Under the pieces are notes generated by a model that saw only the letters and a list, made by a program, of their open reading frames with translations, was not told the DNA's origin and did not search any database. Below, in pieces: positions 27,375-35,617 of a DNA stretch of 39,667 nt; the first letter of the stretch is position 1; the number at the start of each line of letters is the position of its first letter. Where the stretch lies: positions 1 through 39,667 of the IMG/VR virus record IMGVR_UViG_3300018073_000012. The stretch is one strand, 5' to 3'. The translations under genes were made by a program, and so were the position numbers. Source of the DNA: a virus. Taxonomy: Duplodnaviria > Caudoviricetes.

Positions 27375-28676
27375 TTACAGGGCTCCACCATTCACGCGAT
27401 TGATCGCACTCTGAATGCTGTCTCGACGGCTCGGTGCTTTGCTTCCCGGTGCAGCACGCTGTTGACGTCGCCCCGTAGTCGCGGGGGTGCCGTCTGGCGC
27501 GCCAGATATACTTCTGTCAGGGGTGCGGGTCTGAGCCGCCGGGTTGCGGGTCTGAGCCGCCGGGTTGGGCCGAAGCAGGTCGGCCCGCCTGTAAGCTGTT
27601 TCCAGATCGTGTCCGAACTTCAGCTCGTACTCGATCAGATCGCCCAGTTCATCAAACCGCGGGTGGGTTTCGGCGAACCGATCGACCTCACTGCGCGTGT
27701 AGGTGAACTGCTGCGCATACTGCATCCGGCGAACTTCGTTCGCAAGAGCCTCATTCTGCTGGCTCAGCTGTCCCAGCTGGTGGCTGATCGCCGTGGTCTG
27801 GTTCTGGGTCTGCAGCGCCTTATGCTGGTCCGGCGTCTGCGACAGGATGTGGTAGGCGATGTCGCGGAGCGTGATCCGCTCGCCCTCCGGCGTCCGCAGG
27901 TTCAGGTTGTTGACGATCATATCGAGCCCGCCGATCGGATCGCCGCGCAGCTTGTGCTCCATGCCGACGTAGTTGCTCAGCGCCCGGTCGAGCGTGGTGC
28001 CGTGTGATGCCGCCAGCTCGTGGTACTGGCGGATCGAGTTCATCGTCTCGTGGTCGCCCTTGAAGTTGTTGTAGGCGCGCGAGAACTCCTGGTGCATGCG
28101 GTGGATTTCGCCACGCACGCTCTCCGGCGCGGCGTGCCATTCGGCCTTGGCGTGTTCCGCCATGCGCTGCGGCGGGTCGCGGTACGGCACGCCATCCGGC
28201 AGCTCACGGTGAGCGGTGGGTTTCGCCGGTTGCTGCCCGCCCTGTGGCGCACCTGCGGCCGGGGTGCCGCCCGCCTGCGGCGCGCCCGCCGCGCCTGGGT
28301 CGCGTGGCGCAAACTTGCCCTGATTGCGCGGCTGGTCGTTCGGCCGTTTGCGCAGGTCGAGCGGTCCGTCGTCGCCTTCGGTGTCCTTGGCCGCCTTCGG
28401 CGGTGCCGCGCGCTCGACCTTGGTTTCCTCGGGCGGATTGTTGTGCCCGATCCGCGCCACGGCAGCCTTCGGCTTCGGCGCGTCGGGGTCGCGGCCGCGG
28501 TTAAAGGCGCGCTGGATCGCGTCCCGGCGGTGCTCGCCCGGCTGCGGCTTGTCGGGTGCCTGCGGCCCGACTGGCTGCGGCGAGCCGACCGGATTAGTGT
28601 TGATCGGCACCTCGTTGGCGGCTGGTGCCGGGGCGGGTGACGGCGGAGGCGCGCTCGGCGCACTGGTATCAGACAT
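27375..28676 (-). CDS. Capsid scaffolding protein
   Basis: Disordered N-terminus, helical core, F...HP.F, L..AY..A; directly before the MCP. Confidence 0.75.
   Translation of the reverse strand: MSDTSAPSAPPPSPAPAPAANEVPINTNPVGSPQPVGPQAPDKPQPGEHRRDAIQRAFNRGRDPDAPKPKAAVARIGHNNPPEETKVERAAPPKAAKDTEGDDGPLDLRKRPNDQPRNQGKFAPRDPGAAGAPQAGGTPAAGAPQGGQQPAKPTAHRELPDGVPYRDPPQRMAEHAKAEWHAAPESVRGEIHRMHQEFSRAYNNFKGDHETMNSIRQYHELAASHGTTLDRALSNYVGMEHKLRGDPIGGLDMIVNNLNLRTPEGERITLRDIAYHILSQTPDQHKALQTQNQTTAISHQLGQLSQQNEALANEVRRMQYAQQFTYTRSEVDRFAETHPRFDELGDLIEYELKFGHDLETAYRRADLLRPNPAAQTRNPAAQTRTPDRSISGAPDGTPATTGRRQQRAAPGSKAPSRRDSIQSAINRVNGGAL
27525..27566. repeat. 21-bp in-frame tandem duplication (NPAAQTR x2) in the scaffold gene
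   Basis: GCGGGTCTGAGCCGCCGGGTT at 27525 and 27546. Confidence 0.9.
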
Positions 28677-28699
28677 GGGGCAACCCTTCCTGTTTGCGG

Positions 28700-29002
28700 T
28701 CAGCGTGACCGCATTTTCTCCATTGATCGTTTGATGGCGCGCTGACGCGCGTCCTTGACCGCGCGGCTCTCGCTGGCGCGGACCTTAGGCTTGGGTTTTT
28801 CGTTGCCGACCTCGGTCAGCCCGAGCGCGCGCCCGGTCGCGCGGAACGCGGCCTTGCTGGTGTAGTAGCGGCCGTCGACCTGCTCGGTCGGGGGCATCTC
28901 ATCCGAGATGACGAACGGCATCGGCAGGCTGGAGCGAGCTGGCGCTGCCTCGTCCGGGTTTCGGGTCGACCACCGGTTCGGCCCGATCTGATAGACCGGC
29001 AT
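28700..29002 (-). CDS. Conserved small phage head-region protein
   Basis: ISD.M...VDGRYYTSKA.FR.....G..EVGNE. Confidence 0.7.
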   Translation of the reverse strand: MPVYQIGPNRWSTRNPDEAAPARSSLPMPFVISDEMPPTEQVDGRYYTSKAAFRATGRALGLTEVGNEKPKPKVRASESRAVKDARQRAIKRSMEKMRSR

Positions 29003-29009
29003 CAATTGT

Positions 29010-29283
29010 CTCTGTCGATTGTCGTGACGCCCGCGCCAGCGGTGGTGTCACGCAATGACCGGCGATCGCGCTGCCCCTCAGCAGCAAACGATCACCGCAG
29101 AATGTCGGGGGGACAGCGGGACTCGAACCCACCGGTCCCCCCCTAGACGAGGTAGTACAGCCCTAGAGCCGTCGTCACCATCACTCAGGCTGCACTGCAG
29201 GGCACCGGAGCCACGGCTCGGCGGAAGATGCCCAGTGCTTCGGTCTTGCGACCTACTTCCCTCTTGCGAGGACCCTCGTTTCT
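29010..29283 (-). ncRNA. Putative structured non-coding RNA of unrecognised family
   Basis: Large gap in a tightly packed operon; closing helix, two GCAA tetraloop hairpins, AGUA/GAA motif, possible pseudoknot, T-loop hairpin (UUCGAGU) and two long hairpins; GNRA loops and G-U pairs favour the minus strand. Confidence 0.7.
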
Positions 29284-30114
29284 CTACTTCTTCTTGCGCG
29301 GTGCTTTCTTCGGCTTCTTGGTTCGCGATTTCACCGCCTCACGTTGTGCCGCCACGACGAATTCGAAGTCGAGCGGGTCGCTCTCGCCGATCGCGTTGCG
29401 CACCGCCACCGGGAACACGCCCGCCGTGCCCGCGGTCGACGGCTTGACGATCGTGGTCAGCGTCGTGTCGTTGACGAACGTGGTCGCCTCGTCGCCGCCG
29501 TTGAACATGATCACGCTGTCGGGCGTGAAGTTCTCGCCGGTGCAGGTCAGCGTCACATCCGGGTCGCCGATCGTGGCGGCGTCGGGGTCGATGTCGAGCA
29601 GGTCCGGCGGCTCGCTCTCGCCCTCCGGTGCCGGTGGCCCGCCGGGCCCGCCGGGGTTCAGGCTGCCCACCGTCGAGCCTTCCGGCTCGTTGATGCTGGC
29701 GCGCGAGCCACTGCCGTGCGGCGTGTCGAGCACGTTCTCGGTCGGCACCGGGTCGCCCTCGACGCCGCCCTGCTCCATGCCGAGCGTGCTGGGGTCGACG
29801 ATCCTGCCGCCGCCCGGTCCGGCGCTCGGGATGTTCGGGTTGACGTTATCGCGGGTGATCTGCCCGTGGCTGACCTCCAGCGGCAGGCGATCCTCCGGCA
29901 GGGTGCGCTCGATGAAATCGTGCGGCCGATCGACCAGCAGCTGACGCCGCTTGTCCTCGTCGCCCTCTCGCTCGATCGGCTGCTGATGCTCCGGCGGCAC
30001 CGGGCCCAGGTCGGCGCGCTGCTTCTGCCGCTCCAGCTCCTGCGTCGTCTGCCGCCGAACCGGTGGCGGCGGCTGCTGCTGCGGGTCGTCGTCTCTCTCG
30101 TGCTTAGTGGCCAC
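29284..30114 (-). CDS. IPT/TIG (Ig-like) domain protein with disordered N-terminus and Lys/Arg-rich tail
   Basis: IDPD...TLTCTGENFT..SVI.FNG...TTFVN.T.LT; tail KSRTKKPKKAPRKKK; GTG start with GAGGGAG RBS. Confidence 0.75.
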   Translation of the reverse strand: MATKHERDDDPQQQPPPPVRRQTTQELERQKQRADLGPVPPEHQQPIEREGDEDKRRQLLVDRPHDFIERTLPEDRLPLEVSHGQITRDNVNPNIPSAGPGGGRIVDPSTLGMEQGGVEGDPVPTENVLDTPHGSGSRASINEPEGSTVGSLNPGGPGGPPAPEGESEPPDLLDIDPDAATIGDPDVTLTCTGENFTPDSVIMFNGGDEATTFVNDTTLTTIVKPSTAGTAGVFPVAVRNAIGESDPLDFEFVVAAQREAVKSRTKKPKKAPRKKK

Positions 30115-30143
30115 TGGTGTCTCTCCCTCGGGTTCGAGCAATC

Positions 30144-30875
30144 TCAGGTGAATGTCCAAGTCTGCGGCGCAGTGGTCACGACGCCGCCGGTGATGACCAC
30201 GACCGACCACGGGCCCGCTGTGGTTTTCTTGGTGACGCTCGACGCGGTCAGCGAGGTCGCGGAGTTGAACGTTGTGGTCTGCGCCACGCCATTGACGTGG
30301 ATCACGCTCTGCTTGGTGAAGTTCGTGCCGGTGACGCTCAGCGTCGTGGTGCCGACGCCGGACACGCTCGATCCGGGTGTGATCGAGGTCAGCGCCGCAT
30401 TGGTCGCCGGTGACAGCGACGACGCGTGGTCGCGGTTGGGATTGGCGGTGTAGGCACCCAGAACCGAAACCGCCACCGTGGGAGCCTCCGGCACCGATCC
30501 TGGCGCGGTGACCACCACCTCGGTGCCTGCAGCCTCGTGCGGCACGCTGGTGCTCGCCGGGACCGGACCGTTGAAGTGAACGTTCGGCGGCGAGACGCTG
30601 TCTGCGCCGGGATAGCTGCCCTCGGTGCCGCCCGCGGTCGCGCCCGAGCCGCTCGCCAGCGCCGCCTTGTTGGCGGCGAACGCAGTGAGCGGACCGGCGG
30701 CACCGTCGTCGTAGTACGGCGGCGGCGACGTCGGCGTGCCGACACCCCAGTTCTTGGGATCGTTGTAGGTGTTCTTGGTAAAATTCGGCGGGTTGGGCGG
30801 CGTCGCGCCGGTGAACACCATGTTGGTGGGCGGCGTCGGGTTCGGCGGCGTCACGGTCAATGCGCTCTGGGCCAT
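30144..30875 (-). CDS. IPT/TIG (Ig-like) domain protein, Pro/Thr-rich N-terminus (decoration-like)
   Basis: LTSITP...LSVTGTNFT..SVI.VNG...TTFNSATSLT; GAGG RBS. Confidence 0.78.
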   Translation of the reverse strand: MAQSALTVTPPNPTPPTNMVFTGATPPNPPNFTKNTYNDPKNWGVGTPTSPPPYYDDGAAGPLTAFAANKAALASGSGATAGGTEGSYPGADSVSPPNVHFNGPVPASTSVPHEAAGTEVVVTAPGSVPEAPTVAVSVLGAYTANPNRDHASSLSPATNAALTSITPGSSVSGVGTTTLSVTGTNFTKQSVIHVNGVAQTTTFNSATSLTASSVTKKTTAGPWSVVVITGGVVTTAPQTWTFT

Positions 30876-30897
30876 GGTGCTCTTCCTCTGCGGGTTT

Positions 30898-32349
30898 CTA
30901 CTTCCATCCGAACGTGTCTAGCAGGTATTTGTCGAACGCGGCCGTCTCCCCCATCTGACCGACGTCAGCCATATATCCCGACGTCTGATCCACCCACTTT
31001 GGTGTAGCCAGCTGACCGAACGGCACCCCCTTCGGCGGCATCTGCATCTTGCGCAGCCAGTATGCCGGATCAACGCCCTGCTCGTCGAAATGCTTCACGA
31101 GATCGGGATACATAACCTCGCGTGGCAGCTGCATGCCAAGGCCGAACTTGCCCTCTCCGACAAGATGCATGGGATAATCGGTGTGCGTCCCCTTCACCTT
31201 CTCGCCGGTCAGTCGCGTCATCGACAGCCCGGCCGAATTGGTCGGAGCATTGAGCAGCGGAGCGTCGGTCGCCGCGTATCGTGCCGCGACGACATCGGGC
31301 ACACCCGGGATTTTGCCGCGCTGCAGCTCGATCGCGTCGATCACCGCCTTGCGGTAGGCGTCGGGCGACGCCGCGAGAAACTGCTCCAAGTTTTGAGATT
31401 TGACGCCGGGAAAACGTCGCCACGTCTCGTCGTCGCGCGCCATCTCCTTGGTGACAGGCGTCTCCGCAATGCGCTCCCTGATGGCTTTGTTCAGAGCCGC
31501 GCGCCCCTTGTCGGTCATCTCGGCGTTCGGCAGCATGCGCGACAGCAGACCCCAGGTGTGGCTCGAATAGTCGGCCGACTGCGGCCCCATCTTGGTGTAC
31601 GCGCCGGTCACGTCGGTTTCGAACTGCCGCTGCAGAGCGCGCACGCGGTTGCTGATGGTCGTCGCCTGCGTCGGGTCGTTGGCGTACCCGGCGAGATCAT
31701 CAATGTAGCCGTGACCGCCCTGCGTCTTGAGCGGGACCGTCAGCGGGATGTTGTCGACCTTGTTGAGGATCACGCCGCGGCTGGTCGGGTCGCCAAGCAG
31801 CGGCGTGATGAACTGTCCCTCCAGCGAACTCGGCGAGATCGGTGACGGCGGCGGCGGCATGTTCCGATAGTTGGCATCGACCGGGATGTCGGCCAGCGGC
31901 CGCTCCAGCTTGCGGTTGGCGATGCGGTGAAAGTTCTCTGGCACCGGCCGCGCGAGGTCCAGCACATGGGTGCCGCTCTTGACCAGCTTAGCCGACGCCC
32001 CCTCGGCCTCGTTGCCGGTTGTGATCGCGCTCGCAGCCAGCCCGCCAATGCGCCACGCCCGCGGCGCTGCCAGCAGCGCCTTGCCGACCAGCCCGGCACC
32101 GCCGGTCGACAGCATCAGCCCGTAGTCGAACGGTGTCTCCGGCTTGAGGACATCGACCACCGCAGGCAGGTAGCTCTGGCTCTCGGCGTTGGCGCGCTCG
32201 TAGGGCCTGCGCAGACGTTGCGCCGCGGCTTCGCTGGCAGCGGCGACCTCGTCCTGCTCCGTTCGCGGCGCAGGCGGCGGAGGCCAGTAAGCCTGAGGAT
32301 TGTAGGCGTCCTGCGATGCCAGTGCGCCCATCAGCCAGCTGTCGCTCAT
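30898..32349 (-). CDS. Hypothetical protein (putative injected effector)
   Basis: 483 aa; flexible N-terminus with hydrophobic helix and globular C-terminus; ATGA coupling. Confidence 0.7.
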   Translation of the reverse strand: MSDSWLMGALASQDAYNPQAYWPPPPAPRTEQDEVAAASEAAAQRLRRPYERANAESQSYLPAVVDVLKPETPFDYGLMLSTGGAGLVGKALLAAPRAWRIGGLAASAITTGNEAEGASAKLVKSGTHVLDLARPVPENFHRIANRKLERPLADIPVDANYRNMPPPPSPISPSSLEGQFITPLLGDPTSRGVILNKVDNIPLTVPLKTQGGHGYIDDLAGYANDPTQATTISNRVRALQRQFETDVTGAYTKMGPQSADYSSHTWGLLSRMLPNAEMTDKGRAALNKAIRERIAETPVTKEMARDDETWRRFPGVKSQNLEQFLAASPDAYRKAVIDAIELQRGKIPGVPDVVAARYAATDAPLLNAPTNSAGLSMTRLTGEKVKGTHTDYPMHLVGEGKFGLGMQLPREVMYPDLVKHFDEQGVDPAYWLRKMQMPPKGVPFGQLATPKWVDQTSGYMADVGQMGETAAFDKYLLDTFGWK

Positions 32350-32855
32350 TGCGGGGCCTCCTGCGGGACGAACGCCTCCGCCGACATCGGCACCGCGCCC
32401 ATCATGCCGTAGCGGCGCAGTATCTTCTGCACCTCGTCGTCGGTCACCGCGTAGATGTCGCCACGGTACCGCTCGCCGATCCCCTCCAGCACGTCACGCG
32501 CCACCACCGTGTCGTGCCCGCCCTGCTTCGCCTCGCGCATCACGCCGGTCTGGTAGGCGGTGTCGTCGATGAACCGCTGCGCGTCACGCGGCGGCATCTC
32601 CAGCAGGCTGCGCGGCGTCAGCTGCGTCTCGTAAACGTGGCCCGGCTTAATCTCGCGGCCGCGATGGTCGTAGAACACCGGCTCGCCGTACTCGCGCGGC
32701 ACCGTGAATGTCTCGGCGACATCCGGGTTCGATGCGTGAAACGTCGTGTTTGGCGTCTCAATTCCCTGCCGGGTCCGCAGCACCTTCAGCCCGCGCTCCG
32801 GCGAGCCGTGATAGGCGTTGATCAGCGCCTGCGCGATGCGGTCCCGCATGCTCAT
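32346..32855 (-). CDS. ADP-ribosyltransferase-like protein (ART-PolyVal-like)
   Basis: YHGS, FHAS.PDVA..F, GHVY...L, G.D.VV..DV, DIYAV strand order. Confidence 0.6.
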   Translation of the reverse strand: MSMRDRIAQALINAYHGSPERGLKVLRTRQGIETPNTTFHASNPDVAETFTVPREYGEPVFYDHRGREIKPGHVYETQLTPRSLLEMPPRDAQRFIDDTAYQTGVMREAKQGGHDTVVARDVLEGIGERYRGDIYAVTDDEVQKILRRYGMMGAVPMSAEAFVPQEAPQ

Positions 32856-33139
32856 CCCGGCCTCCCCATGCGCAGCATCTGCATCACCACGCGATCGCGC
32901 GCCTGCTGGCGCTGCTGCATGACCTGCAGCTGGCGCTGCTGCGCCGTCTTTGGCGGCATGATGTACGCCTTGGTGTCGTAGATGCTCGGCGGCAGCGGTG
33001 CCGGAGCTTGATAGCGAGGCATCGGCGTCGCCGCCTCGATCGCGGCGATCGTCTCCGCCGTGTCACTGGTTTCCGGCAGCGGTGTCGGTGCCTTTCTTAC
33101 GGTGATCCGCGTCGGCTCCCCCTCAAATGGCCAGCTCAT
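32852..33139 (-). CDS. Hypothetical Pro/Gln-rich protein
   Basis: ATGA coupling to the portal stop and to the next gene. Confidence 0.6.
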   Translation of the reverse strand: MSWPFEGEPTRITVRKAPTPLPETSDTAETIAAIEAATPMPRYQAPAPLPPSIYDTKAYIMPPKTAQQRQLQVMQQRQQARDRVVMQMLRMGRPG

Positions 33140-35457
33140 GAGAAGTACCCCTGCGGGCTCTGCTGCTGCTTGAACTGCTGCGCGGCGAGCCGCTCACTGG
33201 TGCGCGCCGCCATGTCGGCACGGCGATCGGCGGCCGCCTGCCGGGCGATCTCCGCCTTCTGCTGCGCAGTCTGCACGTCGACGGTCTTGCCGATCATGTC
33301 GGCCTGATGCTTCTCGCGCGCCTGCATCGCCTTGGTGTTGGTGAGCTGCGCGCGGGCCTCGTCGTCCTGCTGCTTGCCGAACATCTCCATCTTCTTGATG
33401 CGCTCGTTCGAGGCAATCTTCTCCTTCTCAAGCTGGTCGCGCTGCTTCAGCTCTGCGGCCTTCAGCCCGACATCGGCCTTGTCGCGCTCCTTCTGCCGGT
33501 CGATCTTCATCTGCTCGATCTCCTTCGCCAGCTTGGCCTGCTGGGTCATCGGATCGTCCTTCTGCGGCTGCTCGCCCTTGGCCTTCATCTGCTCGACCAG
33601 ATCGTCGATCGCACCGTCGAGCTGTCGACCGGCGCGGAACGGCGCAGTCGCAAACTTCAGCAGCTCGCCGCAGAACTCTGCGGTCTTAGGTTCGGCGCTG
33701 ATCATCTGCGCGAGCTGTGGCAAGAGCTGCGCCAGCACGCCAATGAACTCACCGCGGCGCTGCTTCTCCGCACCCTCGTCGATCATGATGGTCGAGTCGG
33801 TCGCGATGTCGAAGATGTACGACTTGGCGCGCTGGTTCTTGAACAGGGTCAGCACCTGCTCGATCGTCGGCTTGCCCATGATCTTCTTGATTGCGTCCTG
33901 GCCATGCTGCAGCAGCTGCTGGCCTTGCATCATCAGCTGCTGTGCCTGCTCCGGGTTCTGCTGCGCCAGCTGCTTCGCCTGCGGCAGCTCCTGCAGCTTC
34001 TGCATCGCCAGCTGCTGATTGCCGAGCTGCATCTGCAGCTGCTGAACCTGCTTGCGCTGCATCTCCTGCGTCGGCAGCTGGGTCTGGCTCATTTCGATGA
34101 TCGTCACCGGGTCGAAGTTCTCGGTGATGATCTCGCACACGATCTCGACGAGGTCGCGCGCGACCCGAACCATCTCGGTCTGCTTGTCACGCACCCGGCT
34201 CGAACCGAACTGGCTCTTGAGCTGCTGTGCGCCGAGCGTCTCGCGCGCGTCGGTCGCGCCGCGCATGATGTCACTGAGCCCCATGATCTGATAGATGTCG
34301 TCAATCACCTGCTTGCGCAGCGCCACCAGCGCGGTGATGGTCTGCGCGATCGCCTCGATCGGCAGCCAGATGATCACCTCTTTGGTGCCGCCAAACGCCG
34401 CCCAGTTGGCGATCGGCACCAGCATGCGGCCGGTGGTCTTGGTCTTGACCGCGGCCTCGATCGCAGCAGCCAGCTCAGCGCCGCCGCTCGGATAAAAGCC
34501 TTTGACCTCCAGCGCCTCTGACAGCGCATGGATGCGCCCTGTCAGCAGGTTCAGCTCCTCCAGCTGGTCTTTGTACTGCATGACATCCGGCACCGGCACC
34601 AGCGAGCCGCGCTGCACCACGCCGTAAGCCGGTTTCGGGCACGGGAAAAAGCCCTGCAGGTCGAGGTGAGGATCGTCCTCGTCGAGTATCTTCTCGCAGC
34701 CCTTGGCGACCCACAGCACACGACGCTCAGTGCGCGACCAGATTTCCCAGAACTTCGCACGCTCGCGACTGTCGGCACCGCCGACGCCCTTGGCCTCCTT
34801 GTCGACGCGGTATTCGGCGTCCTGATACTCGTCGCCGGAGTACTTCTTGAACCGCTTGCGCGCCTGCGATCGCGTCAGGTAGCTCGCCGCGGCGACCCAG
34901 GTGACCTCCGGCCACGTCCGGCTGACGCTGTGCAGAAAGTCCCGGCGCTGCTTGAAGTCGATACAGACCTTCTCGTGATCATAATAGCTGCCGCCCTTGC
35001 CGCTCTCGTAGCGGCACCACGGCACGCCACGACCCGCCATCACCAGATCGTCACGCACCAGCACCATCAGGTCCTCGATGCGCGCAATGTCGAACGCGAC
35101 CATCGAGCACCGCTCCAGCACCTCGGCGGCAGCCTGATAAACCGGGCGTCTGTCTTTGAACTTCGTCACCACCACCGGCCGCGGCGGCTTGGCAAGGATC
35201 GCTGGCTTGATCACCTCGCAATTCGCCCAGAACATCTGAAACTCTTTGTCGCGCGTCATGCCAGCGAGGCGCTCCAGATTGGCGAACTGCTTGTCGATGC
35301 GATCGCAGTGATCGTTCCACCGCTCGAACGCGCCCTCGCTTTCCTCCAGCATGTTGATCCACGCCTTCGACTTGCGCGGCTCGATCGCCGGATTGAACTC
35401 CAGATCATCGAAGCGGATGTCCTCCTCGATCGGCTTGCCGGGTTTCTCGTCAGCCAT
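33136..35457 (-). CDS. Portal protein (P22-like, long helical C-terminal barrel)
   Basis: ~770 aa downstream of TerL; FWAN, P.P.V, FFPCP.P, IYQI.GLSDIMRG, TLGAQQLK; Gln-rich tail; AGGAG RBS. Confidence 0.85.
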   Translation of the reverse strand: MADEKPGKPIEEDIRFDDLEFNPAIEPRKSKAWINMLEESEGAFERWNDHCDRIDKQFANLERLAGMTRDKEFQMFWANCEVIKPAILAKPPRPVVVTKFKDRRPVYQAAAEVLERCSMVAFDIARIEDLMVLVRDDLVMAGRGVPWCRYESGKGGSYYDHEKVCIDFKQRRDFLHSVSRTWPEVTWVAAASYLTRSQARKRFKKYSGDEYQDAEYRVDKEAKGVGGADSRERAKFWEIWSRTERRVLWVAKGCEKILDEDDPHLDLQGFFPCPKPAYGVVQRGSLVPVPDVMQYKDQLEELNLLTGRIHALSEALEVKGFYPSGGAELAAAIEAAVKTKTTGRMLVPIANWAAFGGTKEVIIWLPIEAIAQTITALVALRKQVIDDIYQIMGLSDIMRGATDARETLGAQQLKSQFGSSRVRDKQTEMVRVARDLVEIVCEIITENFDPVTIIEMSQTQLPTQEMQRKQVQQLQMQLGNQQLAMQKLQELPQAKQLAQQNPEQAQQLMMQGQQLLQHGQDAIKKIMGKPTIEQVLTLFKNQRAKSYIFDIATDSTIMIDEGAEKQRRGEFIGVLAQLLPQLAQMISAEPKTAEFCGELLKFATAPFRAGRQLDGAIDDLVEQMKAKGEQPQKDDPMTQQAKLAKEIEQMKIDRQKERDKADVGLKAAELKQRDQLEKEKIASNERIKKMEMFGKQQDDEARAQLTNTKAMQAREKHQADMIGKTVDVQTAQQKAEIARQAAADRRADMAARTSERLAAQQFKQQQSPQGYFS

Positions 35458-35617
35458 GCCACCGTCTCCTGATTGCGACATAGCAGTCGCGGTTTGCTGA
35501 CACCGGCTCGAACTGAAACAGGTAGTCCAGGCGATGCTCGACGATTGCCTGCGCCGGGACCTCCGGCCAGAGCGCACACCGCGCAATCCACCGTCGTTTC
35601 GATGTGCGCTTGCGCAT
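35450..35617 (-). CDS. Small hypothetical protein (55 aa), below ORF-track cut-off
   Basis: MRKRTSKRRWIARCALWPEVP...RRRWHG; TGATG coupling; fills the gap before the portal. Confidence 0.4.
   Translation of the reverse strand: MRKRTSKRRWIARCALWPEVPAQAIVEHRLDYLFQFEPVSANRDCYVAIRRRWHG

Noticed and set aside
29100-29180. Canonical tRNA or two-piece tmRNA gene
   Set aside because: T-arm present but no D or anticodon arm, no CCA and no tag reading frame; kept only as a tRNA-like element
29140-29286. Hammerhead, hairpin, HDV/theta, twister or pistol ribozyme
   Set aside because: Only fragments resemble them (AGAGAAAC, CUUCCGCC); the full cores and helix order could not be assembled by eye
28899-29447. 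ORFs 28899..29132 (-) and 29055..29447 (+) across the structured region
   Set aside because: No clear RBS and atypical composition; they overlap better-supported genes, and RNA structure explains the sequence better
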